NCBI GenBank assembly: GCA_963829055.1
Contig: CAWHHI010000004.1
Span: forward strand, 448,001 to 512,000
From: an uncultured Gemmatimonadaceae bacterium
GTDB lineage: Bacteria; Gemmatimonadota; Gemmatimonadetes; Gemmatimonadales; Gemmatimonadaceae
Direction: 5' to 3'
DNA: 64,000 nucleotides
Each line of letters starts with the position of its first letter. Position 1 is the stretch's first letter. Positions 42,893 through 54,589 of the stretch are shown here, piece after piece. Both the position numbers and the translations under genes were made by a program. The notes beneath the pieces were generated by a model. The model saw only the letters and a list, made by a program, of their open reading frames with translations, was not told where the DNA came from and did no database searches.

Positions 42893-43865
42893 ATGCACGC
42901 TCGTCCTGCCGTCTTCTCACTTCTGCTCCTGGCACCGCTCACCGCTGGCGCGCAGGCGATCGGAATCGGCCCGGTCGTGTTGCAGCTTCCGGCGAGCACG
43001 CGCGCCATCGGCTTCGGCAACGCGTACGTTGGCGTGCGTGAGCCCGAGGCGGTGTTCTACAACCCGGCGCAGCTCGGCGTCCGGCCGGGCGTCGCGATAT
43101 CGGCGGAGCGATACGGTTCAGCGTCGACGGCGGGCGCGTTCGCGAGCACGTACGTGTTCGGCCCGATCGGCTTCGGAGTCGGCGTGCAGATGCTCGACTT
43201 CGACTCGGGAAGCCCGGGCTATCCGGGCGCGTGCGCCTAACGGGGAGCAGCTGCTCGCACGCCGGCCAGTTCTCCGCGTCGAGCCTGGTCGCGGCGGTCG
43301 CGCCGAGATGGCGTACAAGGGCATTCGCTGGGGCGTCACTGGGAAGGTGGCGCGAGGACCGGGTGGCGGGCGAGCGCGATGGCGTGCTGCTCGCGGACGT
43401 CGGCGCCGCCAAGGAGATCGGACCGGTGACGGCCGGAGTGACGGTGCAGAACCTCGGCACGAACCCGAAGATGGTCGGCACGTCGGCCGAGTTGCCGATG
43501 CGCGGCGACGCTCGGCGTCGCGAGCGGTGGGCTTCCGGTGGGCCCACTCGATCTCGCCCTGAGCACGGCGGTGTCGGTCCGTCGCGGCGGCCGAGTGTCA
43601 CCCGCGGGCGGCGTGGAGCTCGGCTACATGCCGATCGAGGGCGTGACGTTCGCGGGCCGCGTCGGTGGCCGGCTGCCGGAGAAGAACGCGGAGGCGCCGA
43701 TCACGCTCGGCGCGATCTTCACGTTCGATCGCGTGTCGATCGACTACGGGTTCGAGCCGTACCAGGGGCCGGCAGTGGGCATCGGTGGGCGTGAGGATTC
43801 GACTTCGGGACGTCGTGCGGATTCACAGCATAGCGAAGGCAACGGATTCGTCGATCTCGGATTGA
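42893..43865 (+). CDS. PorV/PorQ-like outer-membrane beta-barrel protein (frameshifted)
   Basis: Signal peptide; LQLPASTRAIGFGNAY...AVFYNPAQL; ADVG, GVTVQNLG, GGVELGY, IDYGF. Confidence 0.6.
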
Positions 43866-43887
43866 TCGAGATCCCATGTGCCTGGCA

Positions 43888-43958
43888 GAGGGACCTGGAT
43901 GCTAGATGACGTGAGGATTCCTCGCTGCGCTCGGGATGACAACGCGCTCGGGTGACAG
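43888..43958. repeat. Degenerate TGTCATCCCGAG-family element (right arm, duplicated end)
   Basis: gagggacc ... gattcctcgctgcgctcgggatgaca-acgcgctcgggtgaca. Confidence 0.7.
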
Positions 43959-43980
43959 TTCCGCCTTCCGCCCTGAACGC

Positions 43981-45937
43981 TTACGCCAGATACGCCGGAT
44001 CGATCGCCGAGAATCCGATGTCGTCGACGACCACCTGCCCGACTCGCGTCCGGTCGAACACCAGTCGGATCGACGTCACTCGCGACGCATCGAAGCTGCC
44101 GTGCCACGCGCGAATTCCTTCACCGGCATCACGTACGTCTGCAGCACCAGCTCGTACGGATTCGGAAACGCCGTTTTGTCACGTCCCTTTCGACGATACA
44201 CCGTGATCTCGAGCGGACGGCGCGGCTTGCCGAACTGACTCAGCGCCACGCGCGCCGTCCCGCCCGACGCGTCGACGAGCTCCACCGATCAGATCCATCG
44301 GTGTCGTGTCCGGCGTGGCCTTCTTTTCGTCCGGCTTCTTCTTGTTCGCCGGCGAGCTTCGCAGCGGGCTTGCCCTTCGCGCCTGACGAGTCGGCCTTTT
44401 TCGTCGTGTCCGGCTCCGTCTTGCGCGGCCCCGGCGTGGCCGGTGTCGGCGCCAGCGAGAGCACGACCGACGAGCCCTCGCCGACGTTCCACGCTGAGCG
44501 CAGCGAATCCGAGATCGTCACCGAGTAGCTCGCTGGAGCGCGCGGCTTGGTCGTGTCCTTACCCACCGGCTTGTTGTTCCAGCCTAACCAGACCGCGTTC
44601 GTCCCGAGGTCGCTGTTGCGCGAGCGGATCGGAATCGGCGCTTCCTTCCAGCCCGAGAGGCTGTCGGCGGAGATCGTCACGCCCGGCACCGAGCCGGTGG
44701 TGACGTCGACATCCTCGTCGAACCCGGCGAGCGCGCGGAAGCCGTTCTCCGAGAAGCGCGTGATGTACATCGTCTTCGGCAGCCACTGGCCGATCGTGCG
44801 GTGGTCGCGGAACATCGGGAGGTACTCCTTCTTCCCCTTGAGCGTCGCCTCGAGAAAGCCGCCGATGTACACGCGGCCGAACTGCCGCTGGTCCTCGGGC
44901 GGAGATGAGCGCGTCGAGCGCGAGCCAGCGACCGCTGCGCGGGCCGTTGTCCTTGTTGCCCCACACGGTGTTCCACTGCCCGTGATTCGCGCGGTACACG
45001 TACACCGCCGATTTGAACCACGGCCGGCCGTCCGTGAACTTGATGCGCTGATACTGCCGGAGCCCCGAGAACGCGGAGACGTCGCCGTCGTGCGAGCCGT
45101 GGAACACGAGGTAGTTCACGTTCTCGACCGGCGTCGGCTTGCCGGCCGGCTGATACTGCCCGTCCACCGGCGCGATGGCGACGATCGACTTGATGTCGAA
45201 GTTGTAGTCGAACTTGATCGTCGCGTCGTCGGGATAGTGCGACAGCCGGTTGAACGCCGCCGCGACCGGCGACGGCTTCGCCGCCGCGCGAGTGGCCCAT
45301 GAGCGCGATGTTGCTCATGTCCACCTTGTGGTAGAACGGGCTGCCTAACGAATCGTTCCACGTCCGCCAGCGCTCGAGATGCTCGAGCAGCAGCCAGCCG
45401 CGCCCGTCGTTCTCGCCGCGCAGATTGCCGTTGATGAAGTTCTCGTCGACCGACACGAGAATGAACCCGCGCGACGCCAGGTGCTGGCCGAGGTAGCCGT
45501 AGCCCGGGTCGGAGAAGTCCTTCATGTCGTGGTTGCCGTGCACGATGAGCACGAGCGGAAACGGCCCGTCGCCCTGCGGATACCACACGCGCCCGTTGAT
45601 CGGCAACTTCTTGAAGTCGAAGCCCCAGTACTTCGACCGGCTCTTCGCGATCTCCGGCGGCGCCGACACCATCGGCGATCCGTCGACCGTTTGCGTCTTG
45701 AGCGTCACCGAGTCGCGGAACGCGGCTCGGTGCTTGTCCGTGCCGCTGCCGTAGACGAGCGTGCGGACGGTGAACGTTCCGGGCTAGGCCGGGATTCGGC
45801 GCGCTGATCGTCTGATGCGACAGCACGACGGGCGAGTCGTCCGTCGTCAGCTTCATCGGCTGTTTGATGCACGCGCTGACCATGAACGCGAGCGAGAATC
45901 CGGCAAACGAAACCGCGGCGCGGCGGTTGAGCGGCAT
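43981..45937 (-). CDS. Alpha/beta-hydrolase lipoprotein (frameshifted)
   Basis: VSAC lipobox; GPFPLVLIVHGNH, YLGQHLASRGF, LMGHSRGGEA, HGSHDGDV, ANHGQWN. Confidence 0.8.
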
Positions 45938-46140
45938 GATGAGGAACCCGGTGTCGGGATGAATAGCGAGGAGTCTGGTGAGTCTGTCCGCAATGACGCT
46001 GCGAACGCGTGATTCTATCATAGGACGCGTTCGGCCGCACCGGCAGCCTTCCACCCAACGGCGCGCGCCACAAATATCTTCCACGGCGAAAGTGGTCGTC
46101 GCGCATCTGCGGCGCCGCACACCAATGCTCGGAGGTCCCA

Positions 46141-46725
46141 ATGCGCAGATTCGTCTTCCCCTGTCTCGCCGGCCTGATCGCGGCGAGTGTGCTCACCGCC
46201 GTGTCGGCGACCGCGCAGGCCCCTGCGGTCGCAGCGCCGTCGGCAGCGTCGCCAGCGCCGGAAGTTGGCCAGGCCGCGCCCAACTTCACCGCCCGCGTCG
46301 CCGATGCGTCCGGCATCAAGACGACGCCGATCTCGCTCGCCGACTACAAGGGCAAAGTCGTCGTGCTCGCGTTCTATCCGCTCGATCGCTCGGGCGGCTG
46401 CACGGCCGAGCTCACGAAGTTCCGTGACGAGTACGCCAGCCTCTTCGGTGACGGCGTCGTCGTGCTCGGTATTTCCGTCGACAGCCTCGCGTCACACGCC
46501 AGCTGGGCGAGCGACATGAAATTCCCGTTCGCGCTCGTGTCTGACCCCGACCTCTCGATCGCCGCGCAGTACGGGTCGTTCGTTCCCGGGCGGAAGTACG
46601 CGTCGCGCACGGTGTTCGTCGTCGGCAAGGACGGCACGCTGTTGTACCGCGAGCTCAAGTTCGGTGCGTTGAGCGAGGACGCCTACAAGGCGCTCGCCGC
46701 CGAAGTCGCCAAGGCGAAGGCCTGA
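46141..46725 (+). CDS. Exported peroxiredoxin (AhpC/TSA, BCP-like)
   Basis: Signal peptide; GQAAPNF, VVLAFYPLDRSGGCTAE, GISVDS, FALVSD, RTVFVV. Confidence 0.88.
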   Translation: MRRFVFPCLAGLIAASVLTAVSATAQAPAVAAPSAASPAPEVGQAAPNFTARVADASGIKTTPISLADYKGKVVVLAFYPLDRSGGCTAELTKFRDEYASLFGDGVVVLGISVDSLASHASWASDMKFPFALVSDPDLSIAAQYGSFVPGRKYASRTVFVVGKDGTLLYRELKFGALSEDAYKALAAEVAKAKA

Positions 46726-47075
46726 GCGAGCGCGGGCAAGGCACCGATAGCGATCGCGGCCGCGAGCTGTTAGGCGCCTAACGCCACGCGGAGGGCCCGG
46801 GTCCACCACCATCCACACGAACCGCTTCGACCCGACACCCAGAACCCAGCGTGTGAACTGATTCGACGGAAACAACGGACATGGCCTGATCCCATCGCGA
46901 CCCGGATACATCACGGAGCCTGGGCCGGTTGAGAAAAGAGGGAACGGCCCTCCGGGACGCATTAGTCGCAGGCAACAACTCTCTCGGCATCAGGCCGATC
47001 GGCACGATCCGGTGTTTCCGGCCGTTTCCGTACGCACACTCGGTTCTGGATGCGTGTCGAAGCAGTTCTGGTTTA

Positions 47076-48321
47076 TCAGAAGTGCGCGTTGATGAGCGGG
47101 AGCCAGCGCGTCGCGCGCGGGTTGTTGTCCGCACGGTTCAACAACCCGAGCTGCACGCCATGCAGCCGGCGTGCGTCGTTGAAGATCCCGATCGACAGGC
47201 CGTGCTGCTCCCGCACGGAGTTGTACGCCGCCACGGACGCACCGCGCAGCCGAATCGTTCGCAGCTGCAGCGCCGACAGCGAGATGCCGGACACGCTCGG
47301 GCTCCGAACGCGATAGAGCCCCATGAGGAGACCCGCGGCAGACGATCGCGCGAGGAGCGTCCCGGCCGTGAGCGTCACCCACCGTACATCGCCGTCCGCG
47401 ACCATAGCGAGCCCCGCGACGGTGACGCCATGGACGTCGGCGCCTGACGTCAGAGCGCCACCGGTGATGGTCAGCCCCTGCACGCCGCCGGACGACACGA
47501 CCCCCAGGCCACCAACCGTGACGCCACTGATGCCCGTTTCGCCCAGGACGGCAAGCCCGCCGAACTGAACGCCGCGCATCCGACCCGACGAGAACGTCGC
47601 GAGGCCGCTCGACGCCGACGCCAGTCATGTCACCGCGCGCCGCGACGCCGAGGCCGGCCGCGGTGAAGCCGGTCGTCGGCCCTTCGCTCACGACCGCGAG
47701 ACCACCCACCGTGAAGCCAGTGAGCCGCGTCTGAATCACGGCCGCGAGACCGCCGACCGTCACGCCGCGCGCCCCGTTCGAGGCGGTCACCGACGCGCCC
47801 GCGATGGTGATGCCGGTGAGCGCGCCACGCGACAGGACCGCGAGCCCCGCGACGTTGATCCCCGTGACGTTGCTGTCAGCAGTCACGGCGAAGCCGCTCG
47901 CCGTCACGCCAGCGATGCTCCCATGCGACATGACCGCGAACCCGCCAACGCCGAGTCCCGTTAGGCTCCGATCCGCGCGGACGGCCCCCACGCCCACCGC
48001 AATCCCGTTGAGCCGCGCCGCGCCCGGCGCGATGAGCCCGAGCGCGAGACCGTTGATCTCGGCTTTCGGGTTCTGGCCCGGAGCCCACAGCGTCACGTTG
48101 ATGCCGTTGATCCGAACGACGTTCGCGTCCCGAAAGTTCAGTCGGATTCCTGTCAGGCGCGGCGAGTTGCCGATGCTCAGCCCGACGTGATTGATCGCGA
48201 GGTCCAGGCTCGGCCCCGTTGTAGAATCGGGACGGGCAGGTGCCTGTGCTGCAACGAGACGCGGTGAGCCGAGCGCGGCGATAGCGACCAGACCTGCAGT
48301 GAAACGAAGGGCGTGGCTCAA
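47076..48321 (-). CDS. Secreted Gly-rich ~15-aa repeat protein (LA_2272-like; frameshifted)
   Basis: Repeats G(V/I)TVGGLAVVS; C-terminus GLSIGIFN...LHGVQLGLLN...LPLINAHF. Confidence 0.65.
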
Positions 48322-48349
48322 TCGATACCGTCTGCTCCCAGGCGCACCA

Positions 48350-51076
48350 TTACTCCCTGCGCAATGCGACCAGCGGATCGAGTCGGCTTGCGCGACGAGC
48401 CGGAAGATAACACGCGATGGTGGCCACGGCTCCGAGCACGAGCGGGACAGCCGCGAACGTGACCGGGTCCGATGGCGTCACGCCGAACAGCTGACTTGGC
48501 GAGGAGTCGCATGGCGCCCGATGCCGCGATGAGCCCGATCACGAGCGCGATCGCCGTGAGTCTGAAGTCCCTGCCCCACGATGAGCCGCAGCACCTCGCC
48601 GCCTCGCGCACCAAGCGCCATGCGGACGCCCACTTCGTGCGTCCGCTGCGTCACCGCGAACGACATGACGCCGAAGATGCCCACGCCGGCCAGCAACACG
48701 GCGACGCGTCGCGAACGCCCCGACGAGCCCGAGCAACACGCGCTTCGAGCCGAGTGCGTCATCCACGAGCGACTCCATCGTCGCGGACCTTCCACACAGG
48801 CTGATCGCGATCCACACGCCAGATGGCCTCGCGCACGGCGGGCGCGAGCGCCATCGCGTCGCGATTCGCGCGGACGACGACGCTCGTGAAGATCTGCGGT
48901 GCCTGCATGTACGGGATGTACGCCTGCGGGCGCGGTTCGTCCGATGGCCCGAAGTGCTTCGCATCGCGAGCGACACCGACGACGGTGAGCCACTGCTCGC
49001 GAGTCGACGAACCGGATGCGCTGCCCGAGTGCCGACGCGTTCGGCCACTCGCGCCGCGCGAACGTCTCGTTGATGACCACGACCGGCGGCGCGTCGGCGC
49101 CATCGTGCTCGTTCACGTCGCGCCCGCTCACCAGCGGGAGGCGCAGCGTCCTGAAGTAGCCGGGGCTCACGGTGTTGAGCTGAAGCGTCGGCGCGCGCCC
49201 CTTCTCGGGTGCCGGCGCGCCGGCCACGGCGTACGCTCTGGCGTCGGAGTTGCCGCTCAGCGGAACGGCTCGCACGAGTGCCGCGTTCCTGACGCCCGGC
49301 ACTGACCGGATCTCCGTCGATGGCGCGCGTGAAGAAGTCGGAGATCTGTCGCGGCTCCGTGTACTTCGTGGCGGGCAGTCGGAACTCCATCGTGAACAGG
49401 TTCGACGTGTCGAAGCCGAGGTCGACCTGTTGGAGCTTCACGAGCGTGCGGGCCAGCAGACCGGCGCCGACGAGCAGCACGACCGACAGCGCGATCTGCG
49501 CGACGACGAACACGCCGCGGATCTCGACCCGGCCAACGCGCGCCGCGAGACCTCCGGTGCGCGTCGCCAGTGCGTCGTTGAGATTCGTGCGCGACGCGTG
49601 AAGCGCCGGCGCCAGGCCGAACACGACTCCCGTGCCAGATCGACGACGAGCGCCGCAAACGCCATCACGCGCGCGTCGACGCTGATCGGGCTGAAGAACG
49701 TGAGGTCGATCGGAATGATCTTGACCAGCACGGCGACACCGCCGTACGCGACGACCACACCGAGCAACGCCGCCAATGGCCGACAGGATGACGCTCTCGG
49801 TGAGCAGCTGTCGCGCGAGGCGCTGCCGGCCGGCGCCTAACGCAGCGCGGACCGACATCTCACGTCGTCGCGCGACCGCGTGCGACAGCTGCAGGTTCGC
49901 GACGTTCGCGCAGGCGATGAGCAGCAGCAGCGCGACCGCGCCCATCACGATATAGAGCGGCGCGCGCACGTCGCCGACGAGCAGCGTGTGCAGCGACTCC
50001 GACGTGCGCGCCGCTCCCGCCGTTCTCCGCCGGGTACCGCTCCGCCAGCCGCGCTCGCGATCGCGCGCATCTCCGACTCGGCGCCCGCGACAGCTGACGT
50101 CGGGGCGCAGTCGGCCGACCACGATCATGCTGTGGTCCTTTCGCGTCAGCCCGGCGGTGTTCGGGTAGTACGTGATCGGCACCCACACATCGGTGCCGCC
50201 GAAGAATGTGAACGTCGACGGGATGATGCCGATGACCGTGAACGGCTGTCCGTTGAGCACGATCGCGCGGCCGACGATTCCCGGGTCGGCGCCGAACCGC
50301 CGTCGCCATACACCTTCGCTGATGACGGCGACGGGCCGTGCTGTCCCGATCTCGGTCTCGTCAGGCGAGAACACTCGTCCCGCGAGCGGCTCGGCGCCGA
50401 GGAGCGGGAAGAGGCTCGCCGAGACGAAGTTGCCGCTCAATCGCTCGGGCGTGTCGCGGCCCGTGAGATTCAGGCTCTGAAAGCGCACGCACCGCGAGCG
50501 ACTGGAACGATCGCGATTGCTCGCGCCAGTCGAGGAAATCGGGGTAGGCGGGCGGCTCTCGTAGCGACGCGCCGCGCGTCATGTTCACGACGACGATCTG
50601 TTCGGGCGCGGGATAGCGAAGCGGCCGGAAGAGCATGCGCGTCGATGACGCCGAAGATGGCGGCCGTGGCGCCGATGCCTAACGCCAGCGTGATCGCCGA
50701 GACGAGCGTGAAGCCGGGACGCCGACGAAGCGTGCGCACGGCGTACCGCACGTCGTGGATGAGCGTGACCATGATCTCCTCGGGCGGGTAGGCGTCGGGC
50801 AGCGGGTAGGACGAAACGCTCGAGGCGGCCGGTGCGGCGTCGTGGCGCGGCCGGCGAGCGATCGCGCGTTCGCGCACGGCTCCGGCGAGTCCGTCCGCGA
50901 GCACGTGACATCCAGAGATGCGCCGCACCCCACGGCGATCGCATAACGCGATTCGGCGGCGCGCGCTCGCACGAACGCGCGCATTTCGTCGGCGAATTCG
51001 GCACGAAACGACTCGGGTAGAGCCGCAGCACGACCTCGAATGCCCACTCGATCAGGCGGGCTGCGCGGAGACGCAT
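48350..51076 (-). CDS. Duplicated orphan ABC permease (ADOP/MacB-FtsX type; frameshifted)
   Basis: [13 protein letters not shown] leader, [62 protein letters not shown]. Confidence 0.88.
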
Positions 51077-51445
51077 CAGGCGAGCTCCGGCCGGCGAAGC
51101 ACGTTCTTCGCTCGGGCGAGCGCGACGACTCGCGCGAGACGCTCGGTCTCGGACTCGAGGACGCGTCGGCCAAGCGTCGTCAGCCGGTAGAATCGACGTC
51201 GTTCGTCGTCGGCCGCCTCGGCCGCGCGGCGCGAGATGATTCTTCGATCAGCCCGCTCGCCACCATTCGCCCGATGGAACCGTAGAGCGTGCCGGGCCCC
51301 ATCCGAACCGTGCCGTCGGTGAGGGCCTCGATCGCCTGCGCGATGGCGTAGCCGTGCTGGTCGCCGTCGGCGAGCGCCAGCAGGATGTGGAGCACGGCTG
51401 GCGTCAGCGGAAGAAAGTCGGCGGGGCGGGGGTCTTTGGAGGCAT
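51076..51445 (-). CDS. PadR-family regulator (frameshifted)
   Basis: LPLTPAVLHILLALADGDQHGYAI, MGPGTLYGSIGRM; TGATG overlap with permease. Confidence 0.9.
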
Positions 51446-51460
51446 GACGATGGTAGCGTG

Positions 51461-51490
51461 TGTCCGTGCCGGATATATCCGTTACGGACA
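51461..51490. promoter_or_regulatory. Candidate tandem PadR operator
   Basis: TGTCCG-tgc-CGGATA-TATCCG-tta-CGGACA just upstream of the padR start. Confidence 0.6.
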
Positions 51491-51741
51491 TAGTACGCCC
51501 GGAGTTTCTCCGTTGCCAGTGGCCCGTTTTCGGTGCAGCAGTCGGTGGGTTCGCGTTGCGCTTGTCCCTCACGGTACGCGTCGTGTCCCCACGAGACGCT
51601 GAGACAAGCACCGGCGTCTCTCGCGCGGCGTTTGTACGGGGGCTACTATAAGATCGTCTGCCATGCGTGAACCGCGTGTTGGGTGCACACGACGGTGTGT
51701 GCGTCCAGGCGTCCACGTCTCGACGCGCTGAGGAGGCCAAC

Positions 51742-52897
51742 GTGTTTACCAGGCGTTTCTCTGCCGCTCTGATCTTCGCCGCTTCACTCGCGGCGCTGCC
51801 GCACCACGCCTCGGCTCAGGATCGACTCCTGCCGGCGTGGTGTCCATCAGCGTCGCACGATTCCCTCGGTCGATCGATCTCCGGCGCCGAGCTCACGGTG
51901 GACGGCACAACGGTTCGCGGCGTGACCGATGAGCGCGGCGAGGTCCGCTTCAACGCCGTGCGTGGCGGACCCGCGACGGTGCACATCCGCCGTCTCGGGT
52001 TCCGGCCGACGACCCTGGATATCATCGTCGATCAGCGCGTGCCCGCCACGTGCATCGTGACGCTGACGTCGATTCCGCAGCGCGCTCGCGACAATCGTCG
52101 TGAAGGGCGGCACGAACTACACCGGCCGTATGGCGGGCTTCTATCAGCGACGGGATCTGGGCATTGGCCACTTCGTCTCGCGCGAGCGGCTCGAGCACGA
52201 CAATCCGTCGCAGCTCACCGACATCTTCCGCCGACTGCCGGGCGTGCAGATCACGTCCACGCGCTTCATCCGGAACGCGATCCGCTTCCGCGGGAATGGC
52301 GGCAGTCTGCTGGCCGCTCGTGTGGCTCGATGGCGCTCCGCTTCCGACGGCGGAGTTCGATCTCGACTTCCTCTCGCCTCAGTCGATCGAGGGCATCGAG
52401 GTCTACAGCGGCATCTCGCAGATCCCCCCGCAGTTCATGGGCGCTCGTGGTTTGGGCTCGTGTGGTGTGATCGTCGTGTGGTCGCGTGAGGGCGAGCGGC
52501 GGCAGAAGAAGTCGCAAGAAAGCCGTCACCGCCACGGAGCTCGCTGACATGGTCGCGTCGCTCAAGGTGTACACGCCGGACCAGGTCGACGTCCCGGCGC
52601 GAGGCGACAGCCTGTCGCGACCACAGCCGCTCTATCCCGAGACGCTGTTGTTCACCGGCGTGCCGGGCCAGGTGCTCGCCGAGTTCGTGGTGGACACGCT
52701 CGGCCACGTCGAGCTCGACACGTTCGGCGTCATCTCCTCGACGAACCCGAAGTTCACGCAGGCGGTGCAGCGCGCACTGCCCGACTGGGCGTACGCGCCG
52801 GCGATGCTTGGACGGCAAGCGCGTGCGGCAGCTCGTGCAGCAGCCGTTCACGTTCGTGGTCGACTCCGCGGTGCTGCGACGGGCGAACCGGCAGTAG
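51742..52897 (+). CDS. Carboxypeptidase-regulatory + plug-like + TonB C-terminal domain protein (frameshifted)
   Basis: TDERGEVRF..IRRLGF; LTDIFRRLPGV, PLVWLDG, IEGIEVY, CGVIVVWS; PLYPE...GQVLAEFVVDTLG...QLVQQPFTF. Confidence 0.72.
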
Positions 52898-52905
52898 CAG
52901 CCGCG

Positions 52906-53471
52906 TTAGGTGGTGGTCGGGCGCTCGGTGTGCGCCCGACCGCGACGCGACGTCGCGAAGCAATTCCGTGATCGTCGCCGAGATGGTGATCGTCGTGCTC
53001 GGCCACGAACAGCACGTGGTCGATCACGCGCATTGGCTGCTCGAGCCGAGGGTGCAGTGACGTGCGCACGACGAGGGCATTCGTCGTAGCGTTCGAGTCG
53101 CTCGCACGATCGCCTCGCGCTCGCGCCGGAACGCAGCCGAGCAGGTCGACGAGGCGTGCGACGCGTTGTGATTCGCGTCGTGCGTGCGCCGGTTCTCGAG
53201 GTCGGCTGCGCGCCAACCGTTCGGCACCGTGCTCGAAGTCATCGAGCCGCGCTGCCCACAGCGACTCGAGGTCGAGCAGATGGCCCGACGTTCTCCTGAA
53301 TCGACCACTCGCCGTCGACGCGCGTGGTCAGCACGGCTCGGCGTCGAGGTCACGAACGCGCTCCTCGAGTCGCGCCGGCGTACCGCGCAGGCGCTCGACA
53401 ATGTTCGGGAACGCCCACGGCTCGAGGTCGAACGCGAAGCGGCGCGAGAACCAGCGGGTGCGTTCGACCAT
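52906..53471 (-). CDS. DinB-family protein (frameshifted; end approximate)
   Basis: ERLRGTPARLE, WSIQENVGHL, LHPRLEQPMRVIDHVLFVAEHDDHHL. Confidence 0.72.
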
Positions 53472-53502
53472 GACGTTACCCGATGCCGAGGCGGAGTGCC
53501 CG

Positions 53503-54055
53503 CTACCAGCCCATGCGCTCGCGCAGCCGGGTCACGTGCGCGATGTGGTGCGGCCCATGCCACGCGTACAGCGCGAGCATCTGATCGAGGCGTCTGACGG
53601 CCCGTCTCCGGGTGAACGAGTGGCCGCTCGAAGTCGGACGGCATTCATCGCGCGCAGGATCGCGACCCATCGCTCGTGAACGGCGTCGAGCAGCGCCAGC
53701 GATGTCGCGATCGGAACGACCTTGCACGTCGACAAGCACCGCCCAGCGGCCTTCGTCGTACGGCTTGATCGTCGGCTCGTTCTCCGTCAGCGCGAGCTTG
53801 AAGCGGATGTACGCGTTCAGGTGACTGTCGGGCACGTGGTGCACGACCTGCCTTACGGTCCAGCCGCCTGGCCGATACTCGCGTGTCGATCTGCTCGTCG
53901 GTGAGCCCGCGGACGGCCTCGCGAAGGCGCGCCGGCGTGGCGGCAATGACGTCGATCGCTCGCGTGCGGGCGTCGGCATCGAGCGAGGCGGGGCGCTGAA
54001 ATCGGCCGGTGGGGAAACTGAGGTCTGCCGAGGAGTCCTGGACTGAAGCAGTCAT
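53503..54055 (-). CDS. yfiT: YfiT/BstA-family thiol transferase (frameshifted)
   Basis: YRPGGWTVRQVVHHVPDSHLNAYIRFKLALTENEPTIKPYDE, LYAWHGPHHIAHV. Confidence 0.88.
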
Positions 54056-54179
54056 CGTCGAGACGCTCCTGAGATGCGGAGAAGGGGAGGCTCGGAAGAT
54101 GAACGCATGGATCGTTCGTATCCAGTGCGTACGCTATGCGCGGCGCGCATGCCGGGTGTGCACATCAGCCGGAGCGAGT

Positions 54180-54258
54180 TGTCATCCCGATCGGCGTCGG
54201 TGTCATCCCGAGCGACCGCGAGGGATCTCCTGTGAGGACCGTGTAGCCAGTCTCGCGT
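54180..54258. repeat. TGTCATCCCGAG-family left arm (duplicated start)
   Basis: tgtcatcccgatcggcgtcgg-tgtcatcccgagcgaccgcgagggatctc. Confidence 0.8.
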
Positions 54259-54280
54259 CAGTTACGGTTGGGCGCGCAAT

Positions 54281-54542
54281 TCCAACAGCGACGCAGAATA
54301 CGCAGGCGGCCGCTCGGCGGCCGCAACGCAAAAGGACGCAGAAAACGTCAACACCTCTGCGGGCAGGCTCCCTCTCGCCGGGCCGTGAAGAAACGGGGGA
54401 ACGTCCTCGGGCGGACCGGTGCGTCCCGAGGCGGTTCCCCTTCTCCAAGGCTTGGCGCACCGCCGGCGTCCCGAGCGGCCGTTTTCTGCGGCCTTCTGCG
54501 TTGCGCGCGAAGCGCGCCTGCGTATTCTGCGTCGCTGTTGGA
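54281..54542. mobile_element. MITE-like element with perfect 28-bp terminal inverted repeats
   Basis: TCCAACAGCGACGCAGAATACGCAGGCG (54281-54308) and exact reverse complement (54515-54542); second imperfect IR pair inside; no convincing ORF. Confidence 0.6.
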
Positions 54543-54589
54543 CCGCGAGATCCAGCTGTATTGCACGAAGCGCGATGGAGAGATCCTGA

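Noticed and set aside
46790..47070. Possible ncRNA or small gene in the gap after the peroxiredoxin
   Set aside because: No recognisable RNA family, structure or protein-like ORF that I can support.
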